Assembly: GCA_038062955.1 (NCBI GenBank)
Contig: JBBTWE010000001.1
Coordinates: forward strand, 182,304-246,303
Length of the DNA: 64,000 bases
From: Patescibacteria group bacterium
Lineage (GTDB): Bacteria > Patescibacteriota > Minisyncoccia > Phycocordibacterales > BOKC01
Direction of reading: 5' to 3'
Positions 38,500 through 47,372 of the stretch are shown piece by piece. The translations under genes were made by a program, and so were the position numbers. Position 1 is the first letter of the stretch, and each line of letters starts with the position of its first letter. The notes under the pieces are model-generated. The model searched no databases, was not told where the DNA came from, and saw only the letters and a program-made list of their open reading frames with translations.

Positions 38500-39069
38500 C
38501 TACAATACTTTGAATCTCTGGATAAAGTAGTAGTAAATCTTATAAGTTATAAAACCAATAAGTGCTCCAAGAAGTATTCCTCCAAGAATGTCTGATGGAT
38601 AATGAACGCCTCCAGCAATACGACCTAAGCCCACGAGAAGCCCTGAAACAAAAATAAAATAAGCTAATTTTTTGTTGAAAAAATACGTAGCGGTGCCGAG
38701 AGCGAATAAAAATATTGTGTGGCCAGATGGGAATGAATAAGAGTCATTTATAAGTAAATGCTCGAGTGATAATGCCAGAAAGGGTCTTGGACGATGATAA
38801 AAATAGCGAAATAGGACGATTACTCCAAAGCGGGCGATAATTGCCGCGATAATTGCGGTAACGTAAGGATAAACATTTTTAATGACACTTTTTCCATTTT
38901 TGTATAAAAAATAACCAAAAACAATAACTACCAAATAGACCAGATATTCTCCAAAAAATACGATGATAAAATCACCGGCCTTCGAATTTCCAGCTAGATT
39001 ATGGAAAAAGCGAAAGATAGATTGATCAATGCCCCTCACGTAATTTGTAAAATTTATTAACATACTCAT
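38500..39069 (-). CDS. PAP2 family phosphatase (undecaprenyl-diphosphatase-like)
   Basis: RPRP, SFPSGH and RIAGGVHYPSD. Confidence 0.9.
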   Translation of the reverse strand: MSMLINFTNYVRGIDQSIFRFFHNLAGNSKAGDFIIVFFGEYLVYLVVIVFGYFLYKNGKSVIKNVYPYVTAIIAAIIARFGVIVLFRYFYHRPRPFLALSLEHLLINDSYSFPSGHTIFLFALGTATYFFNKKLAYFIFVSGLLVGLGRIAGGVHYPSDILGGILLGALIGFITYKIYYYFIQRFKVL

Positions 39070-39272
39070 TATTCTTCTGTTCCAGTATCTCGTTTTATTT
39101 GTTCAAATTCATTTTCAATTTCAGACAATCGTTTCTTGCACAATTTTACCAGTTCTGCCCCATCTTTAATACGCAAGAGGCCTGCTTCCACATCCACTTC
39201 ATCCTGTTTTTCAAACCAATTCACAATATCATCTAATTTTTTGAGCGATTCTTTTAAATTTATTTTTGTCAT
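39069..39272 (-). CDS. xseB: Exodeoxyribonuclease VII small subunit
   Basis: LKKLDDIV..FE, G.ELVK.CKKRL; follows xseA. Confidence 0.9.
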   Translation of the reverse strand: MTKINLKESLKKLDDIVNWFEKQDEVDVEAGLLRIKDGAELVKLCKKRLSEIENEFEQIKRDTGTEE

Positions 39273-39275
39273 ATT

Positions 39276-40775
39276 TTAATCTATGTTTGTTACTTTAGAA
39301 TCAAAACTGCCATCTAACACTTTTATATTCACTAAATCATCTTTTTTTATTTGCGATACATTGCGCACAATTCTATTTCCTGCCTTCACAATACTATACC
39401 CTAAATTTAATTGCCTATCAGGATCGTGCGTTTGAAGCAATTTTTGTGAAGTTTCAAGCCTTAAAATGATTTTTTTAGTGCTTTCTTCAAAGAGTCGAAC
39501 CCCAGTGCTTAGAAATGAAGATAAGTTTTTGTTTATTTCCGTAAATCGAAGACGCATTGAAACAAAAGCTTGTTTTAAGGCACTTTGTGCCCGATCAAAC
39601 CTTTGGAAAATCGCATTAAAACTTTCTTTCATAATTTCCAGTGCTCGTGTTACGGCATCTTTATTGCTTAACAGACCGCTTTCAAAAATAGAGAAAATCT
39701 TTTTTTGCAACATTTCAATCTTAAAGACTATCTTTTCCCACGATTCGTTCAAGGCTTTGGCGGCCGCGGTTGGTGTTGAAACCATTCTATCAGAAACTAA
39801 TGCGAAAAGTGGTACATCTTTCTCATGACCAATACCCGCGAGAACCGGCACAGGAAAATCCACAATTTCTCGAATAAGAGTTTCGTTATTAAAAGGTAAA
39901 AGTGATTCCATAGATCCGCCTCCACGCATAATTACAAGCACGTCAATATCCTTTTTTTTGCGAAAAGTGCGGAGAGATCCTAGAAGCTGTTTGATTGCTA
40001 GTTGCCCCTCGACCCTCGAATCAATAAGAGAAATTTTGAAACCGAACTTTCCAATATTGGCTAGAAAATCACCTATGGCCGCTCCTTCTTTGGAAGTAAT
40101 TATGCCGATCCTTTGTGGAAAATTTGGTAAAGCTCTTTTTCGTTCAATTTTGAATAAACCCTCACTTTCCAATTTCTTTTTAAGCTCGTCGTACGCTTTT
40201 TTAAGTGCGCCTTCTCCCACAAGTTCAACAGTTTCAGTCCTAAAAGTAAATTTACCTGTTGGTTTATGCACTTCAGGGAATCCAGATACAACTATTTCCA
40301 TTCCCTCGAGTAAATTAACCCCAGACATTTGATAGGAATTCTGCCACATGAAACAGCTTAAAATACTCTTGTCGATTTTGTCTTTCAAGGAAAAAAATAA
40401 ATAAGTTCCTCGAATATCTAAACTACTAATTTCTCCCTGAATTCTGGCGTTTTGTTTTTCCAGACTTTTATTGATTAAAGTTAAATATGTGCCAACCGAA
40501 TACAGAATACTTTGATCGGTTTCATTTTTTATATTGGCTTCTTTCTCATCAAAATCTAAATTTCCATTTACCAAAGATAATATTGAGGCTCCATACTTTT
40601 CAAACTTTTTTTCTTTAATTCCTTTTATACCGATAAGTTCTTCTTTTGATTTTGGCCCAACTTCTAAAATCATCCTCATCGTTTCATTAGAAAAGACCCG
40701 ATAGGCTTCAACACCCTCTTTTTTGGCTGTTTGATTCCGCCAAGCCAGTAATTTTCGAAATAAAGTGTGATCCAT
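39276..40775 (-). CDS. xseA: Exodeoxyribonuclease VII large subunit with an N-terminal HRDC domain
   Basis: GEISS, IGIITS..GAA, RGGGS, GIGHEKD and TPTAAA; HRDC-like first ~70 aa. Confidence 0.92.
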   Translation of the reverse strand: MDHTLFRKLLAWRNQTAKKEGVEAYRVFSNETMRMILEVGPKSKEELIGIKGIKEKKFEKYGASILSLVNGNLDFDEKEANIKNETDQSILYSVGTYLTLINKSLEKQNARIQGEISSLDIRGTYLFFSLKDKIDKSILSCFMWQNSYQMSGVNLLEGMEIVVSGFPEVHKPTGKFTFRTETVELVGEGALKKAYDELKKKLESEGLFKIERKRALPNFPQRIGIITSKEGAAIGDFLANIGKFGFKISLIDSRVEGQLAIKQLLGSLRTFRKKKDIDVLVIMRGGGSMESLLPFNNETLIREIVDFPVPVLAGIGHEKDVPLFALVSDRMVSTPTAAAKALNESWEKIVFKIEMLQKKIFSIFESGLLSNKDAVTRALEIMKESFNAIFQRFDRAQSALKQAFVSMRLRFTEINKNLSSFLSTGVRLFEESTKKIILRLETSQKLLQTHDPDRQLNLGYSIVKAGNRIVRNVSQIKKDDLVNIKVLDGSFDSKVTNID

Positions 40776-40908
40776 CCCGTTAGTGAAAAATGGCATTATT
40801 TGCTCGCCGTTTTTATTTTAATGAGTAATATCATCTATGATACAAAATTTAACACACCCCCAAAATTATTTCTCGCAAATAAGAGCTATGCCATTTTCTA
40901 CTACGGGA
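40775..40908. mobile_element. Miniature inverted-repeat element at the xseA start codon
   Basis: TCCCGTTAGTGAAAAATGGCAT...ATGCCATTTTCTACTACGGGA with TCCA duplicated on both sides. Confidence 0.82.
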
Positions 40909-40948
40909 TCCATGAAGCTTTTGACTTTAGGGTCAAAAAGACAATCTT

Positions 40949-41002
40949 ACAATTATATCATAAAGATAAAAACCCTTGTTTTTAGGCCTAGTTATGGAAT
41001 TA
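40949..41002. repeat. 54-bp direct repeat, copy 1
   Basis: 47/54 identical to 41540-41593. Confidence 0.85.
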
Positions 41003-41096
41003 GGAGGATTTTATAGAAAATTCGCTTGACAATAAACTAGATGTGTGTATAATATACAAGGATACGTTCGGCGCCAAATCCTTAAATGGCGAACAC

Positions 41097-41333
41097 ATGT
41101 CACTACGGGGTACAGCGATATGTGAGGCCAGCGTAGTATGTTTTCTCTCCCCATCCGACATACCACAAACGGTAACGGAAGAAGAAAGAGAAATAAGTTC
41201 CAGGCCGTGTCTCCATCCTGGAACGAAGCAAAAAAGAGACAACAAAAAAGACAAATTCTGCTATGATCCCGGGAAAGTTCCCGTGCGATCGAAGGTTCTA
41301 GACGGTGAGAATCTGTTCGCGATCCCGGGTTAA
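41097..41333 (+). CDS. Possible small protein in a GC-rich unit (could be non-coding)
   Basis: Perfect TTGACA-16-TATAAT promoter and a terminator at 41436-41477, but no clear SD. Confidence 0.35.
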   Translation: MSLRGTAICEASVVCFLSPSDIPQTVTEEEREISSRPCLHPGTKQKRDNKKDKFCYDPGKVPVRSKVLDGENLFAIPG

Positions 41334-41539
41334 ATCCTGGGCGAACATAAGGCCAAGATGCCACAACCGAGCACCCTGAGGATTGGTCTCCTCGCGTCCC
41401 ATAGGCCGCGTACTGGGTGATGATACTTTGACCACGGGCCGGAGCAACGATTCAGTCGTTTGCTTCGGCCCTTTTTTATTGCAAATTTTTAGGTATTTGT
41501 AGATGTGTGATGCGAATAAAAAGCAAAAAAGCGAATATA

Positions 41540-41593
41540 ACAATTATATCATAAAGATAAAAAGCTTTGTTTTTAGACGTTTTTGTGGAATTA
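41540..41593. repeat. 54-bp direct repeat, copy 2
   Basis: Matches 40949-41002. Confidence 0.85.
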
Positions 41594-41665
41594 TGCTAAT
41601 TTTACTTGACATTTTCCTGTATTATGATATTATCTAAATAGAACATCCAACCCACAGGAGGACTT

Positions 41666-41941
41666 ATGGAACCATACATGATGAAAAGGGCAGATGTAGA
41701 GGTCATGCTCATCTACATCAGAAGTGGCCTAATCCATCAGCATCAAGAAACAAACCGTAGTGACTTGATTGCAATTTTCGAAGCTGCACTTGCCGTTGCC
41801 GATCCGAAGCACTCGGGTAAGTACGTTTTTGTCAATTTCGGAGAGGGAGACCGTTACCATGACTTGTGGCATCAATACGGTGACCTGATCCGGGAGATCT
41901 GCTTCAGATACGAAACCATGCGGCAAGGTGGAAGACCCTAG
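41666..41941 (+). CDS. Hypothetical protein, GC-rich unit
   Basis: 91 aa; TTGACA-16-TATTAT promoter, AGGAGG SD and a terminator near 41972-42005. Confidence 0.75.
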   Translation: MEPYMMKRADVEVMLIYIRSGLIHQHQETNRSDLIAIFEAALAVADPKHSGKYVFVNFGEGDRYHDLWHQYGDLIREICFRYETMRQGGRP

Positions 41942-42026
41942 GCTGCTCTGTCACAACCGTCACCAACAAAGAGAACTGTCTCTGCGTTCGGGGCGGTTTT
42001 CTTTTATACAAAATTCTTCTAATTCC

Positions 42027-42590
42027 TTAGAAAAGATCTCGGAGAAGGTATCCGACACTAAAAGAAATTACTGCGGCGAGGCCACCAATAAGAAAGCTTT
42101 CGATAGCGGAATGAATCTTCCCCTTTTTTGTTATCACTGCTTTTATAAATCCAATCACTAAAAATGCAACACCTGTCAAAATGGCCGAGATAACAAATTT
42201 ATTTTGATCAATATAAAAATTAAGCGGAGCAATTACAAAAGAAAATAACGGAATGAATCCAACTATTACAAAAGAGAAGAATGTGGCGATAGCCGTTTTT
42301 ATCGGTCTTTTATGATTTATATTTCTACCCCCGTCTAAGTCTCTCTGTGATTTGGTTGAAAGATAGTTTGAGGAAGCCATCGAAAAACCGTCAGCCAATA
42401 AGTTAGCAAAACCTAAGATTAAAATTACTTTGGCGCTCAAAACAGCTCCGACTGCTCCAGCAATAATAGCGAATGTCGTTACTGCTCCGTCGGTTGCTCC
42501 ATAGACAAATTCAGCCAAATATTTCTTTGACGTTGGTTCCGAGCAATCTTTAGGGTTGTAGGATGTCTTCTGTTCGTCCATTGATTCCAA
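42027..42590 (-). CDS. VIT1/CCC1 family transporter
   Basis: VYGATDG.VTTFA and ANLLADGFSMASSNYLS. Confidence 0.9.
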   Translation of the reverse strand: MESMDEQKTSYNPKDCSEPTSKKYLAEFVYGATDGAVTTFAIIAGAVGAVLSAKVILILGFANLLADGFSMASSNYLSTKSQRDLDGGRNINHKRPIKTAIATFFSFVIVGFIPLFSFVIAPLNFYIDQNKFVISAILTGVAFLVIGFIKAVITKKGKIHSAIESFLIGGLAAVISFSVGYLLRDLF

Positions 42591-42978
42591 TTATTACTTC
42601 GCTAATACTATCAAATTGTTTTAAAGTCTTTTCGATTTGTTCTCGTATTACCAAAACCTGCATCGAACCCGCAATCCCCCTTTCAAGCTCCTCGCTAAAA
42701 TCAACTTCGGCCGTCTTGTTTTCTATTTTGAAACTTTGAATTTTTACGCCTTTTGGTATAACACTAAAATATTTTTCAGGTTCTGCCGGACCTTTTAAAA
42801 GCTCTACAAGAGTGTTTTTTTCGGCATTTTCCTTGTCTACTTGTATTTGAACAGCAACAACTTCTTCACTTCCCGCTTTTACAAAAAACAAAGAAACTTC
42901 TTCCGAATTATCTTTTAAAATAAAGTAAATCCCAAAAACTATTACTGCAATCAGAATTAAAATTACTAGTTTTTTCAT
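42550..42978 (-). CDS. GerMN-domain protein
   Basis: Signal anchor, LLKGP, VDFS and QIEKTLKQF..I..V.I.ING. Confidence 0.8.
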   Translation of the reverse strand: MKKLVILILIAVIVFGIYFILKDNSEEVSLFFVKAGSEEVVAVQIQVDKENAEKNTLVELLKGPAEPEKYFSVIPKGVKIQSFKIENKTAEVDFSEELERGIAGSMQVLVIREQIEKTLKQFDSISEVIIGINGRTEDILQP

Positions 42979-43083
42979 ATCTTGACCCAAGTATTATATC
43001 AAAATTTTGTATAAAAAAAGCGCCTCGCGTTTAAATCGTTTTCACGAATTTCCGCAAGGCACTTTGACGTACGACTACCGCAC

Positions 43084-43518
43084 TCAATCTGGGAGAATGG
43101 ATGCCGGAATCGGGATGGCCACGCAACGGATTTGGCGGTCTGGAATGGTTACCAGTTGCCAGTTCTCGCGCAGGCCGATCTGTTCTGTGTTGACAATCTC
43201 AGGGAATGTATGCCGCACACTGTGCCAGAAACAAGAGTGGGCAAGGTCGAATCGATTTCTGATCACCCCAAGTGCTCTTGTGGCATCGTTTGTCTGCCTC
43301 TCATCCAGATCGAGAAGACTCCCCAACTTCGAGATCCGGTGCTTGAGCTCACCGCGTTCGTTTTCCGCGATTCTCATGACCGTGTAGAGACGCTTGAGAT
43401 CGTCCGGCAACGTGCCGATGACTTTCTCGCCCTCCTCCACCTTCCCCGTCGGACATTGAATATCCGCGAGAGGAACGCCCTCTGCCCGACTCAAGATTTC
43501 CTTCAGTAGCACTGTCAT
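43084..43518 (-). CDS. Hypothetical protein, GC-rich unit
   Basis: 144 aa; AAGGAGG SD, a TTGACA promoter and a terminator at 43013-43060. Confidence 0.75.
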   Translation of the reverse strand: MTVLLKEILSRAEGVPLADIQCPTGKVEEGEKVIGTLPDDLKRLYTVMRIAENERGELKHRISKLGSLLDLDERQTNDATRALGVIRNRFDLAHSCFWHSVRHTFPEIVNTEQIGLRENWQLVTIPDRQIRCVAIPIPASILPD

Positions 43519-43615
43519 TTTGCCCTCCTTGTGGGCTTGGAACTATTTCCGAGGAAGATATTAGTATACCTTTAGAATAATGTCAAATAGTGAGAATTTT
43601 AATAAAAAAACGGCC

Positions 43616-43912
43616 TCAACGCGTTTGCGCCAAGACCGTGAAAACTGCCACAAGAACAAGCAAGAAGAGCAAATCGAGAATAGCACGAGTTCTGTGCCGA
43701 ATCATCATCGGTTTTTGCGGAAGACGTTCTAGGACATCAGCGGGAACCTTCATGATGCAACCTAGTTCATCTCTGTGCAAGATCGGCACACATCCAAAGG
43801 GAACTGCGTCGGCTGGAAATGCGACCACCCTTGCTAGGCGATCTCGATATCTTACGATATCTCCACACTTGAATCTTCCTGCCCACACGGTGTTGTATGT
43901 TCTGTGAGCCAT
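43616..43912 (-). CDS. Hypothetical protein with a C-terminal TM, GC-rich two-gene unit
   Basis: 98 aa; GGAGG SD inside the upstream ORF. Confidence 0.65.
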   Translation of the reverse strand: MAHRTYNTVWAGRFKCGDIVRYRDRLARVVAFPADAVPFGCVPILHRDELGCIMKVPADVLERLPQKPMMIRHRTRAILDLLFLLVLVAVFTVLAQTR

Positions 43913-43914
43913 TC

Positions 43915-44106
43915 TTACCCCTCCTGTTGTTCGTGATCTGATGCTGGTCTATTCCTTCTCAACCTGCCTTCAGCAAGCCTTCGTTCGTGTTCTTCTGTTG
44001 TAACACAGAGGCATTCGCCATCCTCGCATTGTTCACGATGCGTATCTTGAATGCATCTGGTTAGACCATCAAGCTGTGCCTTTGAGAGAAGGCCGTTATT
44101 GTTCAT
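43915..44106 (-). CDS. Small Cys-containing hypothetical protein, GC-rich two-gene unit
   Basis: AGGAGGT SD before MNNNG. Confidence 0.6.
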   Translation of the reverse strand: MNNNGLLSKAQLDGLTRCIQDTHREQCEDGECLCVTTEEHERRLAEGRLRRNRPASDHEQQEG

Positions 44107-44216
44107 GACCACCTCCTTTTGTGACGTGTATGTTCTAGGACGATAACATTATGCCATCGTCTCATCCGTTTTGATAGTAGTATATGTAATATAAAAAGTC
44201 TAGAGAAAATTATTTT

Positions 44217-44290
44217 TGGTGGACCTAGCGAGAATCGAACTCGCGCCTCTACAATGCGAATGTAGCATTTTACCACTGAACTATAGGCCC
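44217..44290 (-). tRNA. tRNA-Ala(CGC)
   Basis: Cloverleaf with G3:U70 and anticodon loop TTCGCAT; CCA encoded. Confidence 0.93.
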
Positions 44291-44369
44291 AAACTAAATT
44301 CAAAAGGCAAAAATCAAAACTCAAAATTTACCCGCCTACCGGCAAGGCAGGAATTCAAAATTTTTATAT

Positions 44370-44936
44370 CTAATTAGTTAATTGTTTATACCGAAAACAT
44401 TCTATAACATGATCATTAGCCATTCCAACCGCCTGCATGTGAGCGTAGACGACAGTTCCGCCCAAGAATTTAAATCCCCTGTTCTTCAAATCTTTTGCGA
44501 ATATTTCGGCTTCTTTGGTTACTGCCGGAATATCTTTCATTATTTTTCTTTTACCTAAAATTGTTTTATTTTTAACAAAGCCCCACATATAATCCGAAAA
44601 ACTCCCAAATTCCTTTTGGATTTTGATAAACTGCTTTGCATTATTTATTACCGCTTTGATTTTAAGAAGATTGCGAATGATGCCGGCATCCTGCATCAGT
44701 TTTTCAACATGAGAATCTCCGAACTTGGCAATTTTTTTGTAATCAAAATTTACAAACGCTTTCTTAAAATTCTCTCTCTTGTGAAGTATTGTTTTCCAGG
44801 AAAGTCCGGCTTGCATGCTCTCCAAAACTAGAAATTCAAAAATCACTCTGTCATCAAAAACTGGCACACCCCATTCTTTATCATGGTATTTCTGCATCAA
44901 CTTATCCTCTCCCGGCCATTCGCAAGTCTTTTTCAT
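44370..44936 (-). CDS. tag: DNA-3-methyladenine glycosylase I
   Basis: YHDKEWG, LESMQAGLSW, IIRN..KI and MQAVG..NDH..C. Confidence 0.95.
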   Translation of the reverse strand: MKKTCEWPGEDKLMQKYHDKEWGVPVFDDRVIFEFLVLESMQAGLSWKTILHKRENFKKAFVNFDYKKIAKFGDSHVEKLMQDAGIIRNLLKIKAVINNAKQFIKIQKEFGSFSDYMWGFVKNKTILGKRKIMKDIPAVTKEAEIFAKDLKNRGFKFLGGTVVYAHMQAVGMANDHVIECFRYKQLTN

Positions 44937-44978
44937 ACGTATTTTTTTATCAAATCTACTACTAAAAGCATAAATTTT

Positions 44979-45983
44979 TTACAAGACAATATTTTGAGGA
45001 TTGCCTTTTTCGAATTTTATTATATTTTCTATAGAAGTGTTTATTATTCTTTGGTTCGCTTCTTTGGTGTTAAAGGCTGTGTGCGGAGTGATAATTACTT
45101 TTGGACGATCAATCAAATAGTGGTTCATGAGGAGAGTTTTCAGATCGTCTTGGTTTGGATGAGGATTAGATAAGAGTTGCGTTTCGTCATTAATATATTT
45201 TTCTTCAGACAGAACATCTAATCCTGCGGCGGAGATTATTTTTTCTTCTAACCCAAAAACTAAGGCCGCGGTATCAATCAGAGAGCCACGAGCTGTATTT
45301 ATTATTACCACCCCTTTTTTCATTTTGAGGATTTTTTCTTTATTTATGATGTGGTGAGTGTCTTTATTTTCTGGCAAATGTAAAGAAATAATATCCGAAG
45401 TTTGGATTAGTTCATCAATTGTCACGTATTTGAAATTTTGCTCTTTGGCAAAGTTTGTATCCGGAAAGGCGTCGAAGGCAATTACATTCATACCGAAACC
45501 TTTAGCAATTTTTATAACATTTTTTCCAATTTTACCGGTTCCTAAAACCCCGATTGTTTTTTCAAATAAATCAAAACCAGTCAAACCATTAGGGCTAAAA
45601 GATCCTTCTTTTACGACTCTGCTGTTAGCAGCTAATATATTGCGAGAAAGATTGAGCAGTAAAGCGAAAGTAAATTCCGCAACCGTGTGTTCTCCGTATG
45701 TTGGCACATTTGAAACTATTACTCCCTTTTTTTTGGCTATTTTAAGATCTATATGGTCGAAACCTGTTGATCTGGTCGCTATAAATTTTAAATCGGGCAT
45801 TTTTTCAAATTCTTCTTTGCCTAATATTGAATCCACGAAAACAGATACAATCTCAATCCCCTTACCATCCCATTTTTCTCCTTTCTGGAGCGAACCGTCG
45901 TGAAAGACCATCTCAAAAGATGAAAGAGCTTTTGCTACATGATTTTTTTCTTCTTCTGTTCTGTGTGAGTAAAGAATTTTCAT
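44979..45983 (-). CDS. D-isomer-specific 2-hydroxyacid dehydrogenase (D-lactate dehydrogenase-like)
   Basis: RSTGFDHID, GTGKIG, INTARG and TPHTAF. Confidence 0.9.
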   Translation of the reverse strand: MKILYSHRTEEEKNHVAKALSSFEMVFHDGSLQKGEKWDGKGIEIVSVFVDSILGKEEFEKMPDLKFIATRSTGFDHIDLKIAKKKGVIVSNVPTYGEHTVAEFTFALLLNLSRNILAANSRVVKEGSFSPNGLTGFDLFEKTIGVLGTGKIGKNVIKIAKGFGMNVIAFDAFPDTNFAKEQNFKYVTIDELIQTSDIISLHLPENKDTHHIINKEKILKMKKGVVIINTARGSLIDTAALVFGLEEKIISAAGLDVLSEEKYINDETQLLSNPHPNQDDLKTLLMNHYLIDRPKVIITPHTAFNTKEANQRIINTSIENIIKFEKGNPQNIVL

Positions 45984-46008
45984 TTTTTTAATAGGCCTTA
46001 CGCACTAT

Positions 46009-47361
46009 TTAATTTATTTTTTGATCAATTTTCATTTCTTTTTCTATTTCTATTAATCTTTCGTATTTTGCTTTACGTTCCGGTGGATTGGGTGATCCTG
46101 CTTTGATACCGTATGTGCCGAGTCCGACTGCCAAATCAGCGATAAATGAGTCTGGAGTGTCTCCGGATCTGTGAGAGACGATTGTTTTCCATCCCGCTTT
46201 GTGTGCTAGACGGACCGCTTCAAAAACTTCTGAAACGGTGCCGATTTGGTTCGGTTTGATTATAACAGCGTTCGCGGCGTGTTCTTTTGACAGTTTGGAT
46301 ATTCTTTCTGGATTGGTTACTGTCAGATCATCTCCAACAATAATAGTGTCTTTTCCAATTTCACCCACTATTTTTTTAAAGTAAGTTTCGGAACTTTCTT
46401 CAAAAGGATCTTCAATGCTTTTGAGACGGAATTTTGAAGTAAGATATTTATATAAATTTAAAAGTTCATCGGGAGAATATGATTTCCCTAATATGTTATA
46501 GCTTCCGTTTTTGAAAAACTCCGAAGCGGCCGAATCAATGGCAAAGAAAACATTTTGTCTGCCTGACGCTTCTTCAAGAAGGCTGAATGGTTCTTCGATT
46601 TTTTCACAAATTGGAGAATATCCACCTTCATCGCCGAAAGGCACATTTCCAAACCGCGTTTTAATTATCTCTCCAAGATTTTTAAAAATTTCTTGTCCTA
46701 CTTGAAAAGACTGCTTGGCGCTTTTCTCTCTTATAACAATCATGTATTCCTGAAAAGGTAGTCGAAAGTTGGCGTGCACTCCTCCGTTTATGATATTCAT
46801 AAATAGACTGGGCATTTTCGGAGAAGTTTTATTTTCCTCGGCGATGTTTTTCCATAGAGGCAATCCATTTTCCTCGGCTCTAAGCATGGCTACAGCCATC
46901 GAAATTCCTATTGTCGTATTTCCTCCAAGAACGGACTTATTTTTTGTTCCGTCCAAAGAAATTAAGAGATCATCTATTTGCTTTTGATCTGGTTTTTTAC
47001 CTACAAGCGCCGGCGATATTTTGGTTGCTATGATCTCGATAGCTTTTTTCATTCCACCATCTTCATCGCGAAGTTCTGCGGCTTCCAATGATCCTGTTGA
47101 TTGACCGCGTGGCACAAAAGATGTAACGGTAAAATTATTTGATTCCAAAACAACCTTCAAAGTCGGTTTGCCCGTTGAATCTTTTATTTCATATCCCGAT
47201 ATTTTTTTTATTCCGGCTAGCGAGCGGCATCGCGAGAATTTATTCTCATGATGCGCGAGCGAAGACGGATCAAATGGTTTAATATCCCGCGGCTCTGCCG
47301 CGGACTTTGTGTCCAGGGCTTTGCCCTGGGGTTTAATACCATTTATTGAGCCGTCTTTCAT
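46009..47361 (-). CDS. eno: Enolase with a repeat-derived N-terminal extension
   Basis: GDEGG, IEDPF, IVGDDLTVTN, KPNQIG and SHRSG; about 47 extra residues before IKKISGYEI. Confidence 0.93.
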   Translation of the reverse strand: MKDGSINGIKPQGKALDTKSAAEPRDIKPFDPSSLAHHENKFSRCRSLAGIKKISGYEIKDSTGKPTLKVVLESNNFTVTSFVPRGQSTGSLEAAELRDEDGGMKKAIEIIATKISPALVGKKPDQKQIDDLLISLDGTKNKSVLGGNTTIGISMAVAMLRAEENGLPLWKNIAEENKTSPKMPSLFMNIINGGVHANFRLPFQEYMIVIREKSAKQSFQVGQEIFKNLGEIIKTRFGNVPFGDEGGYSPICEKIEEPFSLLEEASGRQNVFFAIDSAASEFFKNGSYNILGKSYSPDELLNLYKYLTSKFRLKSIEDPFEESSETYFKKIVGEIGKDTIIVGDDLTVTNPERISKLSKEHAANAVIIKPNQIGTVSEVFEAVRLAHKAGWKTIVSHRSGDTPDSFIADLAVGLGTYGIKAGSPNPPERKAKYERLIEIEKEMKIDQKIN

Positions 47362-47372
47362 ATTTTGAAATG

